A stretch of 64,000 nucleotides of DNA, from positions 2,720,001 through 2,784,000 of the forward strand of contig OZ245011.1 of assembly GCA_965223665.1 (NCBI GenBank), given 5' to 3'. Under the pieces are notes generated by a model. That model had not been told where the DNA came from. It worked only from the letters and a program-made list of their open reading frames with translations, and searched no databases. Shown here piece by piece: positions 21,443-30,721 of the stretch. Positions within the stretch are counted from its first letter, which is position 1. The number at the start of each line of letters is the position of its first letter. The position numbers were made by a program, and so were the translations under genes. This DNA is from Nitrospinaceae bacterium. GTDB lineage: Bacteria > Nitrospinota > Nitrospinia > Nitrospinales > Nitrospinaceae.

Positions 21443-23896
21443 TTAATCAGGAATATCAATTAACAAACCCCATTTAGATTGAAGTGTAATGGGAGGAGTA
21501 AGATGAGTTTTTGAAAACTTGTCATTTTCTCCAGTAGTATCGATTAGAAATCCAAAACTTCCTAAATTTCGGGATGCCTCAAATACTCCTTCTCCTTGAC
21601 CTATTTCTCGTAACAAATAATTATCTGTCCCATCCGTATCACTCAATACACCAATGCCGTTAGCGTTACCCATTCCCTGCGCCAACACTCCGGAAATATA
21701 TCGGTCGTTCCCCAATCCGTCCAATAAAAATCCCAGTCCAAAATCGTGACCACAGCCCTGCGACACTCCTAATTTTGCTAAATAATTATCATCCCCTGCA
21801 TTATCCAAAAGAACTCCAGAAGAAAAGTGCACCCCAGCACCCTGCGAGTAGCGTCCTGCGATATAGGAGTCGTGCCCGGATTGGTCAGCCAAAATTCCCA
21901 ATGCAAACCAATAACTACTCCCTTGAGAAAAATAATCTCCTATATAAGTATCATTTCCTTCCGCATCTGCCATTACTCCAATACCACCAGAAGTTCCTAC
22001 CAATGTCTCCCACGGACGAAGACCCAGGCCAAAACCCTGAGACATGGATTGATAAGCCTTTTTTGGTTCACGAAAATCAGGATACACTCCCCCGGCAAAA
22101 TATTTATCATCACCCTTTTCATTGACCAAAGCGCCAAAACCTTTTACAAATCCAAATCCCTGGGCAGAAATGGCTGCATTTAAATAATCGTTTCCTTCAC
22201 CCAACCCTAAAACACCAGCTCCAAAAAAACCGGATCCCTGGCAAAAAGCATGGCAATTAAATTCATCATTTCCCTGGATATCTATTAACATCCCTACGCC
22301 CAACAACGCCGACCCTTGGGAAAAACTTTGTGCAATGTAACGGTCATCCCCCCCAAGATCGATTAAAAATCCTCCTCCTAAAAACCCTGTTCCTTGTGCT
22401 AAAGATTCCGAAGATATATACAAGTCATTTCCTGAAAAATCGATAACTACAGAAAAGGGCCGATTGGGTTTACTGGAGGCGGAATTATTGAAATAGGAAT
22501 CGTTTCCTCCCAAATCAATAATAAAATCAGCATCTTCAGTATATTGATTATTTTTTGTGCCCCCTAAAATTACCGTTCCAAAAGAAGTCGAAATAATTGT
22601 TTTATTTTCACGTTCTTCAATACTCCATCCCGGTAAAAAAGGAGAAATTTCCCCTATGTTTTTTTTAATTTTTATTAAGTTATCTATATCTAATGCTTTT
22701 GCTACGAAATTGCAGGCTGTTAGAATTCCCCTTAAATCAACTTTTAAACCTATGTTCAAAAACTTAAGCAGAGTGACCTCCATTTCCCTTTTTTCCAACT
22801 CGGTTTTATCCTGTGAAGCCAATTCCGCTTTATTTGCCCAAATTTCATCGACACTATCATATAAAAATTTTAATTCTTCTGAAGAAAGTTGACTCAACGC
22901 TTTCCTTCTCATTTCCTTTGCTTTGTTTATAGATTGCAAAATAGTTTCAACCATAACTTTAAACGATTGAATATTCTCGTGACTAATTTCGTCAACCCAC
23001 ATCCCAGAAGACTCTATTTTTAAATCTAATTCTTCCCCGGCTAATTCAATTATTCCAGATAAGTTTTTTCTTTCTTTATTAAACTGGCTAAACAATCGCT
23101 CTACAATTTGTTTTGACACTATGGGCAATTCCATAGGTTGATTAAGGACAAAATTTATTTCTGACAAACGAAAGGGATTATAACTTTTTCCTTTTACCGC
23201 AGTACTCACAACATGAGCAGTGCGAATTCTCAAACTATTTAGTGTTTGCTCAAAGGGATCTATCAGTTTCTTTTCTAATAAAAGGGAATGAATTAGAGAA
23301 TTTCCTTTTTCCAAAGGATTCTCCAATTCCGGATGTAATTTCTGCAAAACATTAGTTGTAGGTTTTTCTTCCAGCGTTACGAAAAGATCAATCCATTCTT
23401 CATTTCGTAAAATTTTTAATGAAATTAATTGTCCTGGCCGAACCCTGGCAACTCGACGACGAAAACTTAGTAACAAAGAATTTTCATTTCCTAAATTAAG
23501 AGGCATCCCCTCCATTTCTATAATACGGTCACCCTGAAGAATTCCAGCCTTGCTAGCTGGAGAATCAGGAAATACCTGCAATACTTGAATGGCTGGAGAC
23601 ACATCATTTGCATGAGGCAAAAATACAGGCTTTGCTTCTTTAAGAGAGACACCCAACCAACTCATATTTGAAGAGGATGAAGCAATTTCCTGATTCAATT
23701 CGGAGGATAAGTCGGGAGGAATACTAAAAATTTTTCGTAGTGCCAAAGGATTATTTAATATTTCTGAACTAATACCCTGAGTTTGTGTTTTTAGGGATTG
23801 AATAAATTTAGGGTCTTCAGCATGTGCCAACAAAATAAAACTTTGATGAGCAATACTCACTATTACTCCGATTAGAACAATTAAATAAATCCGCAT
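21443..23896 (-). CDS. Exported PDZ-domain protein with about 12 DxxG(N/D)DxY / QGxG glycine-rich repeats
   Basis: Signal-like N-terminus from ATG at 23896; PDZ motifs WLGV and VFPDSPASKAGILQGDRI; C-terminal repeats with ~26-aa period. Confidence 0.8.
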   Translation of the reverse strand: MRIYLIVLIGVIVSIAHQSFILLAHAEDPKFIQSLKTQTQGISSEILNNPLALRKIFSIPPDLSSELNQEIASSSSNMSWLGVSLKEAKPVFLPHANDVSPAIQVLQVFPDSPASKAGILQGDRIIEMEGMPLNLGNENSLLLSFRRRVARVRPGQLISLKILRNEEWIDLFVTLEEKPTTNVLQKLHPELENPLEKGNSLIHSLLLEKKLIDPFEQTLNSLRIRTAHVVSTAVKGKSYNPFRLSEINFVLNQPMELPIVSKQIVERLFSQFNKERKNLSGIIELAGEELDLKIESSGMWVDEISHENIQSFKVMVETILQSINKAKEMRRKALSQLSSEELKFLYDSVDEIWANKAELASQDKTELEKREMEVTLLKFLNIGLKVDLRGILTACNFVAKALDIDNLIKIKKNIGEISPFLPGWSIEERENKTIISTSFGTVILGGTKNNQYTEDADFIIDLGGNDSYFNNSASSKPNRPFSVVIDFSGNDLYISSESLAQGTGFLGGGFLIDLGGDDRYIAQSFSQGSALLGVGMLIDIQGNDEFNCHAFCQGSGFFGAGVLGLGEGNDYLNAAISAQGFGFVKGFGALVNEKGDDKYFAGGVYPDFREPKKAYQSMSQGFGLGLRPWETLVGTSGGIGVMADAEGNDTYIGDYFSQGSSYWFALGILADQSGHDSYIAGRYSQGAGVHFSSGVLLDNAGDDNYLAKLGVSQGCGHDFGLGFLLDGLGNDRYISGVLAQGMGNANGIGVLSDTDGTDNYLLREIGQGEGVFEASRNLGSFGFLIDTTGENDKFSKTHLTPPITLQSKWGLLIDIPD

Positions 23897-23922
23897 TAAA
23901 AAATTTTTGAAAGATTGGAAGA

Positions 23923-24399
23923 TTAAAACCAAGTTTTGTTTTTGTAATGGCGATATTGATCACCAAATTTTTTAGTAAGAGCAACTTCTTCATAACGGGA
24001 TCGTAGCCTGTTTAAGGGCAAAACCACCAAAGCCCAAAATACCAAAGCGTGCACAGAACCCAAAGCTATAAAAAGACCACCTAAGGTTAGATTAATCCCC
24101 AAATAAACAGGATGACGAATAACCTTATAAATCCCTTTAGTAATCAAACGATCTCCCCCTGGGAGAACTTGAAGAGAACGGCCCAATTGAATCATGGCGA
24201 TTATCCAAAGACAGGCGCCGGATAATCCAAAAATCAAACCGGCAATTGCTAACTCTTTATATCCAAATCCAAATTGTTTAGGTGCCAACCAGGCAATTAA
24301 CAATCCCACGAGATAAACTGAAGGCACAATTATTGTTACTAATAATGCTTTTCCAGGAGAAAGTGATTCCCAGGAGTTAACCTTTTCATTTGATCCCAT
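23923..24399 (-). CDS. Isoprenylcysteine carboxyl methyltransferase / PEMT family membrane protein
   Basis: LITKGIYKVIRHPVYLG and EEVALTKKFGDQYRHY motifs; several TM segments. Confidence 0.85.
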   Translation of the reverse strand: MGSNEKVNSWESLSPGKALLVTIIVPSVYLVGLLIAWLAPKQFGFGYKELAIAGLIFGLSGACLWIIAMIQLGRSLQVLPGGDRLITKGIYKVIRHPVYLGINLTLGGLFIALGSVHALVFWALVVLPLNRLRSRYEEVALTKKFGDQYRHYKNKTWF

Positions 24400-24420
24400 T
24401 CTTTACTCTTCAAATAATTC

Positions 24421-25527
24421 TTAGGGAGATTGATTTTTAACGGCAGTAGTTTCTTGTGGAATTAAATGCCGTATCCAATCTTCCTGCCCAGCAACAAAAT
24501 TCATTTCAACACTTAGAACAAAAACAGGAAGCTTAAAATCATATTCGCGAATTTTTACTGAATCCTTTTCAGTGGTAACTATCCATTGAGCCCCTAAACG
24601 AATCGCCTCCTCTTCAATTAACCTAAAGTGTTCAGGTTGATAATAAAAGTGATCTGGAAAAGAACGTTTAGAAACTATGCGAGCTCCAGCCTCCTCCAAG
24701 GTTTTATTAAAATCATCCGGTTGCCCAATACCGCAAAAGGTGGCTATGGAAATTTTTTCTAATGAACTTAAAGGCTGTTTGTCTTTCGACTTTAATGAAA
24801 AAATGGTAGTAGGTTGAAGTTGAGTTTGAACCACTGGAACTTTTTTAATATTTACTTTTTCCAATAATTCAGAGTCACCATTAAAAGGCGATCTGGTTAA
24901 ACAAATTAAATCAGCCCGCTCAAACGCTCCAAGAGGTTCTCTTAATTCCCCAGCAGGAAACACCCTGCCGTTACCAATAGGTTGTTGGAAATCACAAAGA
25001 AGAATATTTAAATCACGATGCAAAGAAAGATGTTGGTAGCCATCATCGAGAATTAAAGTATCCACTCCAAAATGTTTTATGGCATACAAACCCGTTTTGA
25101 AGCGTTTTCTTCCCGTTAAGATTGGAACGGTTTGGAGACGTTTGGCCATCATTACAGGTTCGTCTCCCGCATCTTCAGAATCCAATAATAAGGTTTTACC
25201 ATCACAAACTACATTGACCTCATCATTAATATCTCCACCATAACCACGGCTAAGAATTGCAGGCTTAGAACCACTTTTCTGTAAACTTTCTGCGATCAAT
25301 ATAACTGTGGGTGTTTTACCGGTTCCACCTAAAGTCATATTTCCCACGCTAATAACCCGAACAGGAAGTCGGTGAGTTTTAAAGAATCTCCATTGATAAA
25401 ATAGCACTCGAATTTTTTGGATCCATTTATAAAAAAAAGAAACCACCAGGAGAAAAGCATACATAGGAACATGATAGAATTTCCGTTGAGGAGAAATTAC
25501 TTCATAAAACAACGTTTCGAGATTCAT
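24421..25527 (-). CDS. lpxK: Tetraacyldisaccharide 4'-kinase
   Basis: SVGNMTLGGTGKTP, LSRGYG, LDDGYQH, PAGELREP, FPDH and TTEKD. Confidence 0.96.
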   Translation of the reverse strand: MNLETLFYEVISPQRKFYHVPMYAFLLVVSFFYKWIQKIRVLFYQWRFFKTHRLPVRVISVGNMTLGGTGKTPTVILIAESLQKSGSKPAILSRGYGGDINDEVNVVCDGKTLLLDSEDAGDEPVMMAKRLQTVPILTGRKRFKTGLYAIKHFGVDTLILDDGYQHLSLHRDLNILLCDFQQPIGNGRVFPAGELREPLGAFERADLICLTRSPFNGDSELLEKVNIKKVPVVQTQLQPTTIFSLKSKDKQPLSSLEKISIATFCGIGQPDDFNKTLEEAGARIVSKRSFPDHFYYQPEHFRLIEEEAIRLGAQWIVTTEKDSVKIREYDFKLPVFVLSVEMNFVAGQEDWIRHLIPQETTAVKNQSP

Positions 25528-25587
25528 TAATGCCTTTCCTTAGGTTCAATAGTTTCCTGTTTCAGTTAAGTAGTTTATAATCGGTCC

Positions 25588-26874
25588 ATGGACACGATTT
25601 ATCATATTATCATAGGTATTGGACTGATCCTCGCCTCCCCAGTGGTTTTGATCAAAATGATATTCAACCCCAAATTTAGGGAGGAAGTAAGAGCTCGTTT
25701 GTTTCAGTGGAAAGAACTTCCCAAATATCGTTCTACCATCTGGGTTCATGCTGCTTCTGTTGGTGAAGTGCAAATGGCGAAACTTTTTATTCGTGCCTTA
25801 CAGGAAAAATATGATGACAAACAAATCGTTTTATCTACTTTTTCTCCTACAGGGTTTGAGTTGGCTTTAGAAGAAAACCTTTGTCCAGTATTTCGATTAC
25901 CCATAGACATTATTTTATTGATTCGTCCTTTAATAAAACGATTGAATCCCTCCGTTTTAATATTAATTGAAGCCGAGTTTTGGCCAGCCTTGTTAAGGCA
26001 ATGTGGATTGAAAGGAATTCCGATTTTACTAATAAACGGGAGGATGTCTGAACGTTCGTTCGAGCAATACAAAAAAATCCAACCCGTATTTCACTGGTTA
26101 ACCTTTGCTTTTTATCGCTTTGCAATGCGAAGTCCCCTCGATGCCGATCGTGTTCGTCGATTAGGAACCCGCAAGGATAGAATTCTTGTAACTGGAAATA
26201 TGAAATTTGATGGCATCCCCCCAGTACATTCCTCAAATTCTTCATTTAATCAAAATGGTTCATCAACTATAGTTTTTGGTTCTACTCGACCAGGAGATGA
26301 AGCCATCATTTTAGATACTATTCATAAATTAAGGGAGAAAAATCCTCTACTCCATTTTGTTCTCGCTCCCCGTCATATTCAAAGAACGGAAGAAGTGGAA
26401 AAAATGATTCTGAAAAAAGGGCTGGAATATCAATTGCACTCAAAACTGAAAAATCCAATTTCTGAAACTCAACCTTTCCTAATACTGGTAGATGTTCTTG
26501 GAAAACTGAATACATATTATAAAGAAGCCGTTGTGACATTTGTGGGTGGTGGTTTCAACCCTGAAATTGGTGGTCATAACATCTTAGAACCTGCGGTTCT
26601 TGGGAAACCAGTAATTTTTGGGAAACATATGCACAACTTTGAGGAAGAAGCACGGTTATTGACTTCCTCAGGAGGTGGAATCCAAATAGATGAGCCCGGT
26701 CTTCTCTATCCAACCTTAAAGGATTTAATAGACCATCCCAAAGAAATCGAACGAAGAGGACAATTAGCAGCACAAACAGTCGAAGACCATCGAGGAGCTA
26801 TTTATAGAAATTTACAGTTAGTGGACGAAATTCTTACTTCTCCTTGTCTGCAGAATAAAGGGTCTTCTTCATAA
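25588..26874 (+). CDS. waaA: Kdo transferase (copy 1)
   Basis: IWVHAASVGE, EAEFWP, INGRMS, GNMKFD, APRH and GGHNILEPA. Confidence 0.93.
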   Translation: MDTIYHIIIGIGLILASPVVLIKMIFNPKFREEVRARLFQWKELPKYRSTIWVHAASVGEVQMAKLFIRALQEKYDDKQIVLSTFSPTGFELALEENLCPVFRLPIDIILLIRPLIKRLNPSVLILIEAEFWPALLRQCGLKGIPILLINGRMSERSFEQYKKIQPVFHWLTFAFYRFAMRSPLDADRVRRLGTRKDRILVTGNMKFDGIPPVHSSNSSFNQNGSSTIVFGSTRPGDEAIILDTIHKLREKNPLLHFVLAPRHIQRTEEVEKMILKKGLEYQLHSKLKNPISETQPFLILVDVLGKLNTYYKEAVVTFVGGGFNPEIGGHNILEPAVLGKPVIFGKHMHNFEEEARLLTSSGGGIQIDEPGLLYPTLKDLIDHPKEIERRGQLAAQTVEDHRGAIYRNLQLVDEILTSPCLQNKGSSS

Positions 26875-26875
26875 A

Positions 26876-28168
26876 ATGATTTGGATTTATAAAATTCTTT
26901 CATCTGTTGCGGCCGTTTTCGTTCTTCCCGGATATGCATTGTATATTTGGATCACAAAAAAAAAGACTAGAAACTTAAAAAGCCACTTTGGACTTGTAAA
27001 GAAAATTAACAAATCCCCAGATCAAAAAACACTTTGGGTTTATGCACTTTCTTTTGGCGAAGTAAATGCCGTTATTCCCGTATTAAAAAGACTTCACCAT
27101 GAACATCCTAATATTGTTTTTGTGATAACCGTCACAACTGAATCAGGATACGATAGGGCTCATGAAAAACTTTCTTTTGCTCAAAAAATTGTTTTTCATC
27201 CACTAGATTGCTGGCCTTTCTTAAATTCATTTGTTGAAAAAATAAAACCAGATCTTTTTATCCTTGTGGACACAGGGTTTTGGCCAGGATTGCTACTAAC
27301 ACTAAAGGAGGCTGGAATTCCAAAAATTTTGTTGAACGGTAGAATGTCTAGTCGGTCATTTCGAAAATTTCAAAAATTAGAGAATTTAGTCCGCCCATTG
27401 TTTCAATCATTCGATGATATTTTTATGCAAAATAATTACGGCATTGAAGCGATGAAATCCTTAGGGGTAGATCCAAAAAAAATCCAATTAATGGGTGACA
27501 CCAAGCTAGATAGTTTGACTACAGAATCTGAACTAGAACGAATTCGTTTTCGCGAGGAGCTTAAAATCACAGCAAGCCACAAAGTTTGGGTCGTTGGAAG
27601 TACTCACTCAGGAGAAGAAGAAATTATTTTAAATGCATTTCAACGACTCAAAAAACTTCACCCTGATCTAATATTAATTTTAGCGCCCAGGAGACTCGAA
27701 AGAATTCCCATTTTAGAAGGAATCATAAAAGAGCATTCACTTAATTTCATTTTAAGAACCCAATTGAGTAAAAGCTCTACTCATGTAAAAAGTATTATCT
27801 TGATCGATACTCAAGGTGAACTTTCTAAAATTTATTCTGTTGGAGATATTGCGTTTGTGGGAAACAGTCTTATTTTCCCTGGGGGCGGGCATAGTTTAAT
27901 GGAACCTGTCGCCCAAGGAATAAGCGTTCTTCATGGACCTTACATTGAAAACGTTCAGCATACTTCCAAAAAATTACAAGAATTAGGAATTGCTCAAGAA
28001 GTCAGAAATTCTGAAGATATAGAAAAAAAAATCGATGATCTTTTAAAAAATCCTTTTCAAAAAAATCAAATTCATACCCAGGCTTTAGCCCATTTCGAAA
28101 CCCAAAAAGGGACCTCAGATAAAATAGCTAAGTCCATAATTAAATATTTGGATTTAAAAAATAATTAA
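26876..28168 (+). CDS. waaA: Kdo transferase family protein (copy 2, divergent motifs)
   Basis: LWVYALSFGE, DTGFWP, LNGRMS, GDTKLD, GSTHSGEE, APRR and GGHSLMEP. Confidence 0.85.
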   Translation: MIWIYKILSSVAAVFVLPGYALYIWITKKKTRNLKSHFGLVKKINKSPDQKTLWVYALSFGEVNAVIPVLKRLHHEHPNIVFVITVTTESGYDRAHEKLSFAQKIVFHPLDCWPFLNSFVEKIKPDLFILVDTGFWPGLLLTLKEAGIPKILLNGRMSSRSFRKFQKLENLVRPLFQSFDDIFMQNNYGIEAMKSLGVDPKKIQLMGDTKLDSLTTESELERIRFREELKITASHKVWVVGSTHSGEEEIILNAFQRLKKLHPDLILILAPRRLERIPILEGIIKEHSLNFILRTQLSKSSTHVKSIILIDTQGELSKIYSVGDIAFVGNSLIFPGGGHSLMEPVAQGISVLHGPYIENVQHTSKKLQELGIAQEVRNSEDIEKKIDDLLKNPFQKNQIHTQALAHFETQKGTSDKIAKSIIKYLDLKNN

Positions 28169-28222
28169 GCAAAAGAAAAAATCACTTTTTTCCAAAGTTA
28201 TTCAAATCAAGACCAAATTCAA

Positions 28223-29656
28223 TTAAGTTGATTTTGTTTTTAAGGTAAAAACACTAACGACCCAAACAGTGGCCGAGGAAAAAATAAATGCGGGTACAAG
28301 CTCGTAGATAATACTGTCTGACCAACCCATAAGTTTCCAAAAGATTGTCGTAGAAAATCCCATGATCATCCCAGCAACAGCACCTTCACGTGTAATTTTC
28401 TTTGAATACAAGGTATATAAAATAACCGGCCCAAAACTTGCCCCTAATCCTGACCATGCAAATAAAACAAACCAGAAAATAACCTGAGTTTTACCGAGGG
28501 CGATAAGCATCGCTCCAATACCCAGGACTAAAATAGTAATTCGGCTGATAAATATTATCCGATCATGCTTAAGATCTTTTCGAATCATTTTGGAGTAAAC
28601 ATCGTGGGCCACAGCGGAGGCCGCTACAATAATCTGCGCTGAAACAGTGGACATAATTGCTGCTAAAACTCCCGTAAGGACCACAGCAGTTACCAATGGT
28701 GGCAACAATGATTCTGCAGCTTTAGGAAACAAGTGCTCTGGATCTGTTAAATCTGGAAATAAGGCGGTACCGCTAAGCCCTAAAAGAATTGCTGACCCAT
28801 ACATCAGCAATCCCCACCCAAAGGCAATCCATACCCCTTGTTCAATGGTTTTTGTATCCTTTGCGGCCATGTATCGATTCAACACATGAGGTTGACCCGG
28901 GTAACCTAAACCAATTCCCAATAAACCCGCTACCGTACCCCAAAAAGCAGGAATAGTTTTTCCACCCATCCAATCTAAAGTTTCCGGTGAGGTTGTTTGA
29001 ACTTGAGTGATCATATCCCCAAGTCCGCCAAGTTCCACTATTGAAACAATCGATAAGGTAACCAATCCGATTACCATGATTAAACCTTGCACAAAATCAG
29101 TCCAGGCAACTGCGAGAAATCCCCCCATCATTGTATAAACAAGGATGATGGCTCCTCCGATGGGTATACTCCAAAAATGAGAAATTCCAAAGATTGCATC
29201 GAAAGTTTTACCTATAGCTGTAAATTGCGCAGCTACATAAGCCATCATACTGGCAAAAATAATAACAACTGAAATAATCCGTAACAGATGAGAGTTGTCC
29301 TTAAAATGCGTTTCAAAATAATCGGGTAACGTAATAGAGTGGGTTTCATGAGAATGTTTTCGGAGCCTTTCTGCCAGGAAAAACCAATTTAGAGCATACC
29401 CCAGAAGACACCCAGGTAAAAACCAAATTGCGGATAGGCCTTCTTTATAAGCTAGTCCCACGGTACCTAAAACAGCCCAAGCACTTTCCGAACTCGCGGT
29501 CGAGGACACTGCAGTAACCCAGGCTTTTAGGCTCCGATCACCAAGAAAAAATTCTAATGGCGATTTAGTTTTACGAGAGGTAATGAAGCCAATTAGCAAC
29601 ATTCCCAATACATAAATTATAAATACACCGGCAATTATGCCTGATAAATCGGTCAT
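28223..29656 (-). CDS. putP: Sodium:solute symporter, PutP (Na+/proline)-like
   Basis: Many TM segments; GLGYPGQPHVLNRYMA, LAAIMST and AWSGLGASFGP. Confidence 0.85.
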   Translation of the reverse strand: MTDLSGIIAGVFIIYVLGMLLIGFITSRKTKSPLEFFLGDRSLKAWVTAVSSTASSESAWAVLGTVGLAYKEGLSAIWFLPGCLLGYALNWFFLAERLRKHSHETHSITLPDYFETHFKDNSHLLRIISVVIIFASMMAYVAAQFTAIGKTFDAIFGISHFWSIPIGGAIILVYTMMGGFLAVAWTDFVQGLIMVIGLVTLSIVSIVELGGLGDMITQVQTTSPETLDWMGGKTIPAFWGTVAGLLGIGLGYPGQPHVLNRYMAAKDTKTIEQGVWIAFGWGLLMYGSAILLGLSGTALFPDLTDPEHLFPKAAESLLPPLVTAVVLTGVLAAIMSTVSAQIIVAASAVAHDVYSKMIRKDLKHDRIIFISRITILVLGIGAMLIALGKTQVIFWFVLFAWSGLGASFGPVILYTLYSKKITREGAVAGMIMGFSTTIFWKLMGWSDSIIYELVPAFIFSSATVWVVSVFTLKTKST

Positions 29657-29665
29657 AATTTCTTT

Positions 29666-29694
29666 ATTATAGAGGTGGGAATTTTAAGTGTCTA
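29666..29694 (-). promoter_or_regulatory. Sigma70-type promoter of putP (very short leader)
   Basis: TAGACA-N17-TATAAT, ending 9 nt before the ATG. Confidence 0.65.
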
Positions 29695-29783
29695 TCTGTG
29701 TTCTCGAGATACTCTTAATTTACTCTTGGAAAACCAGGATAAATTTTTTGTAGGCATGAATTGTTATTGAATTTTTTCTTAGG

Positions 29784-29823
29784 AAAATAAAGCAGGCCCT
29801 AACTTGAAAAGCTAGGGCCTGCT
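29784..29823 (-). terminator. Intrinsic terminator
   Basis: AGCAGGCCCTAGCT / AGTTAGGGCCTGCT 14-bp stem (one G-U) followed by TTATTTT. Confidence 0.85.
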
Positions 29824-29882
29824 CCCTGGGAGAGGGCTTAAGCAAGAAGCTCAAACCACTTACATGAGTTTGACTTACTCTC
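29784..29882 (-). ncRNA. Candidate ~100-nt small RNA (or structured 3' UTR)
   Basis: GC-rich island in an AT-rich spacer: GNRA-capped hairpin, CCCU-CUCCC-AGGG hairpin and terminator; TACAAT -10 immediately upstream (29884-29889). Confidence 0.5.
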
Positions 29883-29951
29883 AATTGTATTTAAATAAAA
29901 GACGAATAAAGTAAATATCAAAAAAATAATAAAAATTAGAAATGGTCCAAA

Positions 29952-30146
29952 TTATTTATGACCTTCATCTTTTTTATCGCCTTTTTTTTCATCTTTGTCA
30001 TCGTCAGAATCATGTTTGTCAGTGCTATCATCTGCTAAAACTAACGTACCAGAAACATTAGAAACATTTTGAGCAAAGGCAGAACCGCTGATTAGTAAAC
30101 AAAAAAGTACGCTAATTAATAGAGCTAAGATCCCTCGTTTCTCCAT
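29952..30146 (-). CDS. Small secreted Asp/Lys-rich peptide (64 aa)
   Basis: AGGAGA RBS; signal peptide ending AFA; highly charged mature tail. Confidence 0.75.
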   Translation of the reverse strand: MEKRGILALLISVLFCLLISGSAFAQNVSNVSGTLVLADDSTDKHDSDDDKDEKKGDKKDEGHK

Positions 30147-30257
30147 GATACATCTCCTAAAAATAAAAATGGTAAGTACGGAAGGCGGGTGCAGTTTTTC
30201 TATAATAACCAGAGCAGACCCATTCCCCCCAAATGAAATGAAATCTCTTGAATAACT

Positions 30258-30273
30258 TGCAAAGGCCAGGCCA
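30258..30273 (-). promoter_or_regulatory. Sigma54 (-24/-12) promoter for the small secreted peptide gene
   Basis: TGGCCTGGCCTTTGCA = GG-N10-GC, close to consensus TGGCAC-N5-TTGCW. Confidence 0.65.
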
Positions 30274-30721
30274 AAAAAAGAAAAAATTTAAAACTAATTG
30301 AATTTAGCCACTTTAATATTTCTGTTTCTTTAGGTTTTATCGTAATATCGATAATTTCATTATTCAAAGTGTCCAAAAAACTTATAAGGTGTTTAAATTT
30401 GTTTACAGAATCCTAAGGCAAAACAAGTTTTCTATTTAAACTGAATTATTTCTGTAAACACTTGTTCTTTTTTTAGATTAAGAAACTCATTCATCATAAA
30501 TTTCTTAGGACAAAACCAATTTGAATTAACTGTTTAAATAAAAAATCTACAAAATACATTAATCTTTAAACATTTCTTTAAGCCTCAAGTGTAAAATTTT
30601 CAGTTTTTTGCTAGACTGCACCGGGCAATGGAAATAAATATTTTTTTTAATTAATGATCAGTAAATATTCAAAAATTATGTATTTGATGGCTGAATTTTA
30701 GGTAAGGGAGAAATTGCATAA

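Noticed and set aside
21443-22560. Gly/Asp repeats as a true RTX toxin or type I secretion substrate
   Set aside because: The period is ~26 aa rather than tandem nonapeptides, the protein has an N-terminal signal, and no T1SS genes are nearby.
29784-29882. Riboswitch or attenuator controlling putP
   Set aside because: putP has its own promoter downstream of the terminator and I recognised no known aptamer; kept as an sRNA candidate instead.
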